Part shown: positions 62,537 through 64,000 of the stretch, piece after piece | Layout of the letters: each line of letters begins with the position of its first letter | Position numbering within the stretch: the first letter of the stretch is position 1 | Assembly (NCBI GenBank): GCA_963745235.1 | Contig: CAVUXE010000099.1 | Location: 64,001 to 128,000, forward strand | Length of the DNA: 64,000 nucleotides | Direction of reading: 5' to 3' | Origin: an uncultured Spirochaetota bacterium | Lineage (GTDB): Bacteria > Spirochaetota > Spirochaetia > SZUA-6 > Fen-1364 | The notes under the pieces: generated by a model | Databases searched by the model: none | The model's input: the letters and a program-made list of their open reading frames with translations, nothing else | Told to the model about the DNA's origin: nothing | Translations under genes and position numbers: made by a program

Positions 62537-63460
62537 TCAGCTTCCTTTGCGAGGCGGCCTGATCAGCCTCTCGGTCCACGGGGCCTTCAGTTGTCGCGCG
62601 GAAAGCGAAGCGTATGTCCCCGCGATTTTCGATGATGCTATGATCTTCCAGATCTGAACTGCGTGCGTCGGAAGTCCCGAGGCGTATGACGAGCCAGCCA
62701 GGTAGTACAGATCAGCAAACAGGCCGCTGGTGGAGACGAACGACGCCAGCTCCTTGTGGCCCTCAACGGCAGCCAGCATGTCGGGCAGCGTCTTGAATTG
62801 GTAGTCGACGTCCATGTCGTGGAGAGCTCCGTTCAGCTCCGCAGTGCGATAGATCAGCGCGTAGAGAAGCTGCTGGACCGATTGCCCGTACCTTCCCGAC
62901 CTGTAGTAGAACAGTCCGAGCCTGGAGTGAGCTGCCTGGGCAAAGGGGACGCTGAACTGATAGAGGAACAGCATGTGATCAATCCCCTTCTCCCGGTAGT
63001 TCTTTTCAACCTGGTTCTTCAGCTTGTCATTTGCTGGGTTAGAGAACATTTTGTCGTCAGCGACTATCTTGAGAAGGGCATCCTCCATCTGGCTGTACAT
63101 TTCACGGCTCTGATACAGGTCAGAAAGCCGGTAAAGAACCTGGTATTGCGTCTCGGGGACGGTAAAGCCACTTCTCAGGTTGTAAGCTTTTTCGTACTGG
63201 TCTCTTGCAAGATCGAATTCCCCTTCTTCGAAGAATACGTCGCCAATGCCAAGCTCCGCTTCGGGAAATATCCCAGCCGACGAAACCGCCTCCTTGTACA
63301 ACTGAAGCGCCTGCCCGAACTCGCGTTGGGCGATCATCGCATTCGCTCTTTCGTAGAGAATCCAATACTCCGGCTTGATTGCCGGTGCCTGCGACCAGGA
63401 GGCGACCGAGTTGCAAGCATAAAGGAGGATCACTAAAAAAACCCGGATAGCCCTGGGCAT
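62537..63460 (-). CDS. Exported TPR protein
   Basis: Signal peptide from ATG 63460, TPR motif PEAELGIGDVFFEEGEFDLARDQYEKA. Confidence 0.82.
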   Translation of the reverse strand: MPRAIRVFLVILLYACNSVASWSQAPAIKPEYWILYERANAMIAQREFGQALQLYKEAVSSAGIFPEAELGIGDVFFEEGEFDLARDQYEKAYNLRSGFTVPETQYQVLYRLSDLYQSREMYSQMEDALLKIVADDKMFSNPANDKLKNQVEKNYREKGIDHMLFLYQFSVPFAQAAHSRLGLFYYRSGRYGQSVQQLLYALIYRTAELNGALHDMDVDYQFKTLPDMLAAVEGHKELASFVSTSGLFADLYYLAGSSYASGLPTHAVQIWKIIASSKIAGTYASLSARQLKAPWTERLIRPPRKGS

Positions 63461-63580
63461 CTGGCTACGACCGCAACCGTCAGAGTGAACCTGGAATAAA
63501 AAAGTGCATATCCTCAGAAAACGCTTCACTATCAATTCTGGCCTCGAGCGCAACCCGCCGAACCTCTCAATCAACCTCCC

Positions 63581-64000
63581 CTACCAGCTCATGGACAGGA
63601 TGACATCGCTCTTTGTCCTGACGAGGTCCTTCACGCTGGTCTTGTAGGTCAAGACTCGTTTGTCCGGCGAAAGGGTCCCAAGGGTGTTCGTCTTTACCGG
63701 CTGCGGCACCTCGATGGTGAACGCGAGGTCGTAGTCTCCAAAGAAAGCATCCACCATGCGCAGCGAGTCCTCTGTGATCGGTTCATGGGGCGCCTTTGCA
63801 ATCAGCTGGGAAAACGAGTGGCCCCCGCCGTCGCTTGAAAGGTGGATCTGGGCGCTTTGAAACGCATCCAGCTTCGCGAGCGCGTCAAGGGAATCAAAGG
63901 CGAGCTCCACCCGTATCGTGACGTCTTTCTGATCCTCCGACCGGTCGAAGGACGTCAGCCGAACCATGCCCTGCGAGCCTGCAACAGATCTCTCGAAGTC
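63581..64000 (-). CDS. Hypothetical protein (5' partial)
   Basis: Open frame runs to the window edge; beta-rich C-terminus ending ILSMSW. Confidence 0.65.
   Translation of the reverse strand, partial: DFERSVAGSQGMVRLTSFDRSEDQKDVTIRVELAFDSLDALAKLDAFQSAQIHLSSDGGGHSFSQLIAKAPHEPITEDSLRMVDAFFGDYDLAFTIEVPQPVKTNTLGTLSPDKRVLTYKTSVKDLVRTKSDVILSMSW

Noticed and set aside
56263-64000. Xer-exploiting integrated element or island at dif
   Set aside because: No second dif-like site, integrase, relaxase or phage gene was seen; the flanking genes look like ordinary chromosomal genes.

Overview
A GC-rich, mostly core-genome segment from a free-living-type Spirochaetota bacterium. The assignment rests on the BamA 'VGRGW' lid motif, a ~900-aa GreA, NusA with a C-terminal zinc ribbon, the IF2 '[10 protein letters not shown]' N-terminus and the gene order. 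Content in order: tamB-bamA-skp-ruvX-mutS-comF; a divergent two-domain methyltransferase; rimP-nusA-infB-rbfA-truB-ribF-rpsO-pnp-M16 peptidase-dut-TPR/beta-propeller-lptF-lptG-ROK-tgt-NlpC/P60-murJ-HEAT; TPR-greA-vWA on the minus strand; rpe-three envelope genes-dtd-mutY; prs; recA-folK-scpA-scpB-rluB-cmk-rpsA-GAF/sigma54 activator-TPR-CHASE2 adenylate cyclase; several lipoproteins, uppP, a POTRA-less Omp85 barrel and a TfoX-family gene. I saw no rRNA, tRNA, CRISPR array, transposase or integrase. About 20 single-base frameshifts, many in essential genes, point to an indel-prone long-read consensus rather than pseudogenes. Most notable: (1) a 28-bp dif-like XerC/D site at 62430-62457, suggesting the window abuts the replication terminus; (2) a candidate cAMP/sigma54 module; (3) a TPR + giant GreA with a Tudor-like segment + vWA transmembrane protein operon; (4) a 21-bp repeat shared by the nusA tail and the infB head; (5) recurrent CTG starts in CTGA overlaps; (6) a bidirectional recA promoter. 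All family and synteny assignments come from motif recognition and memory, not database searches.
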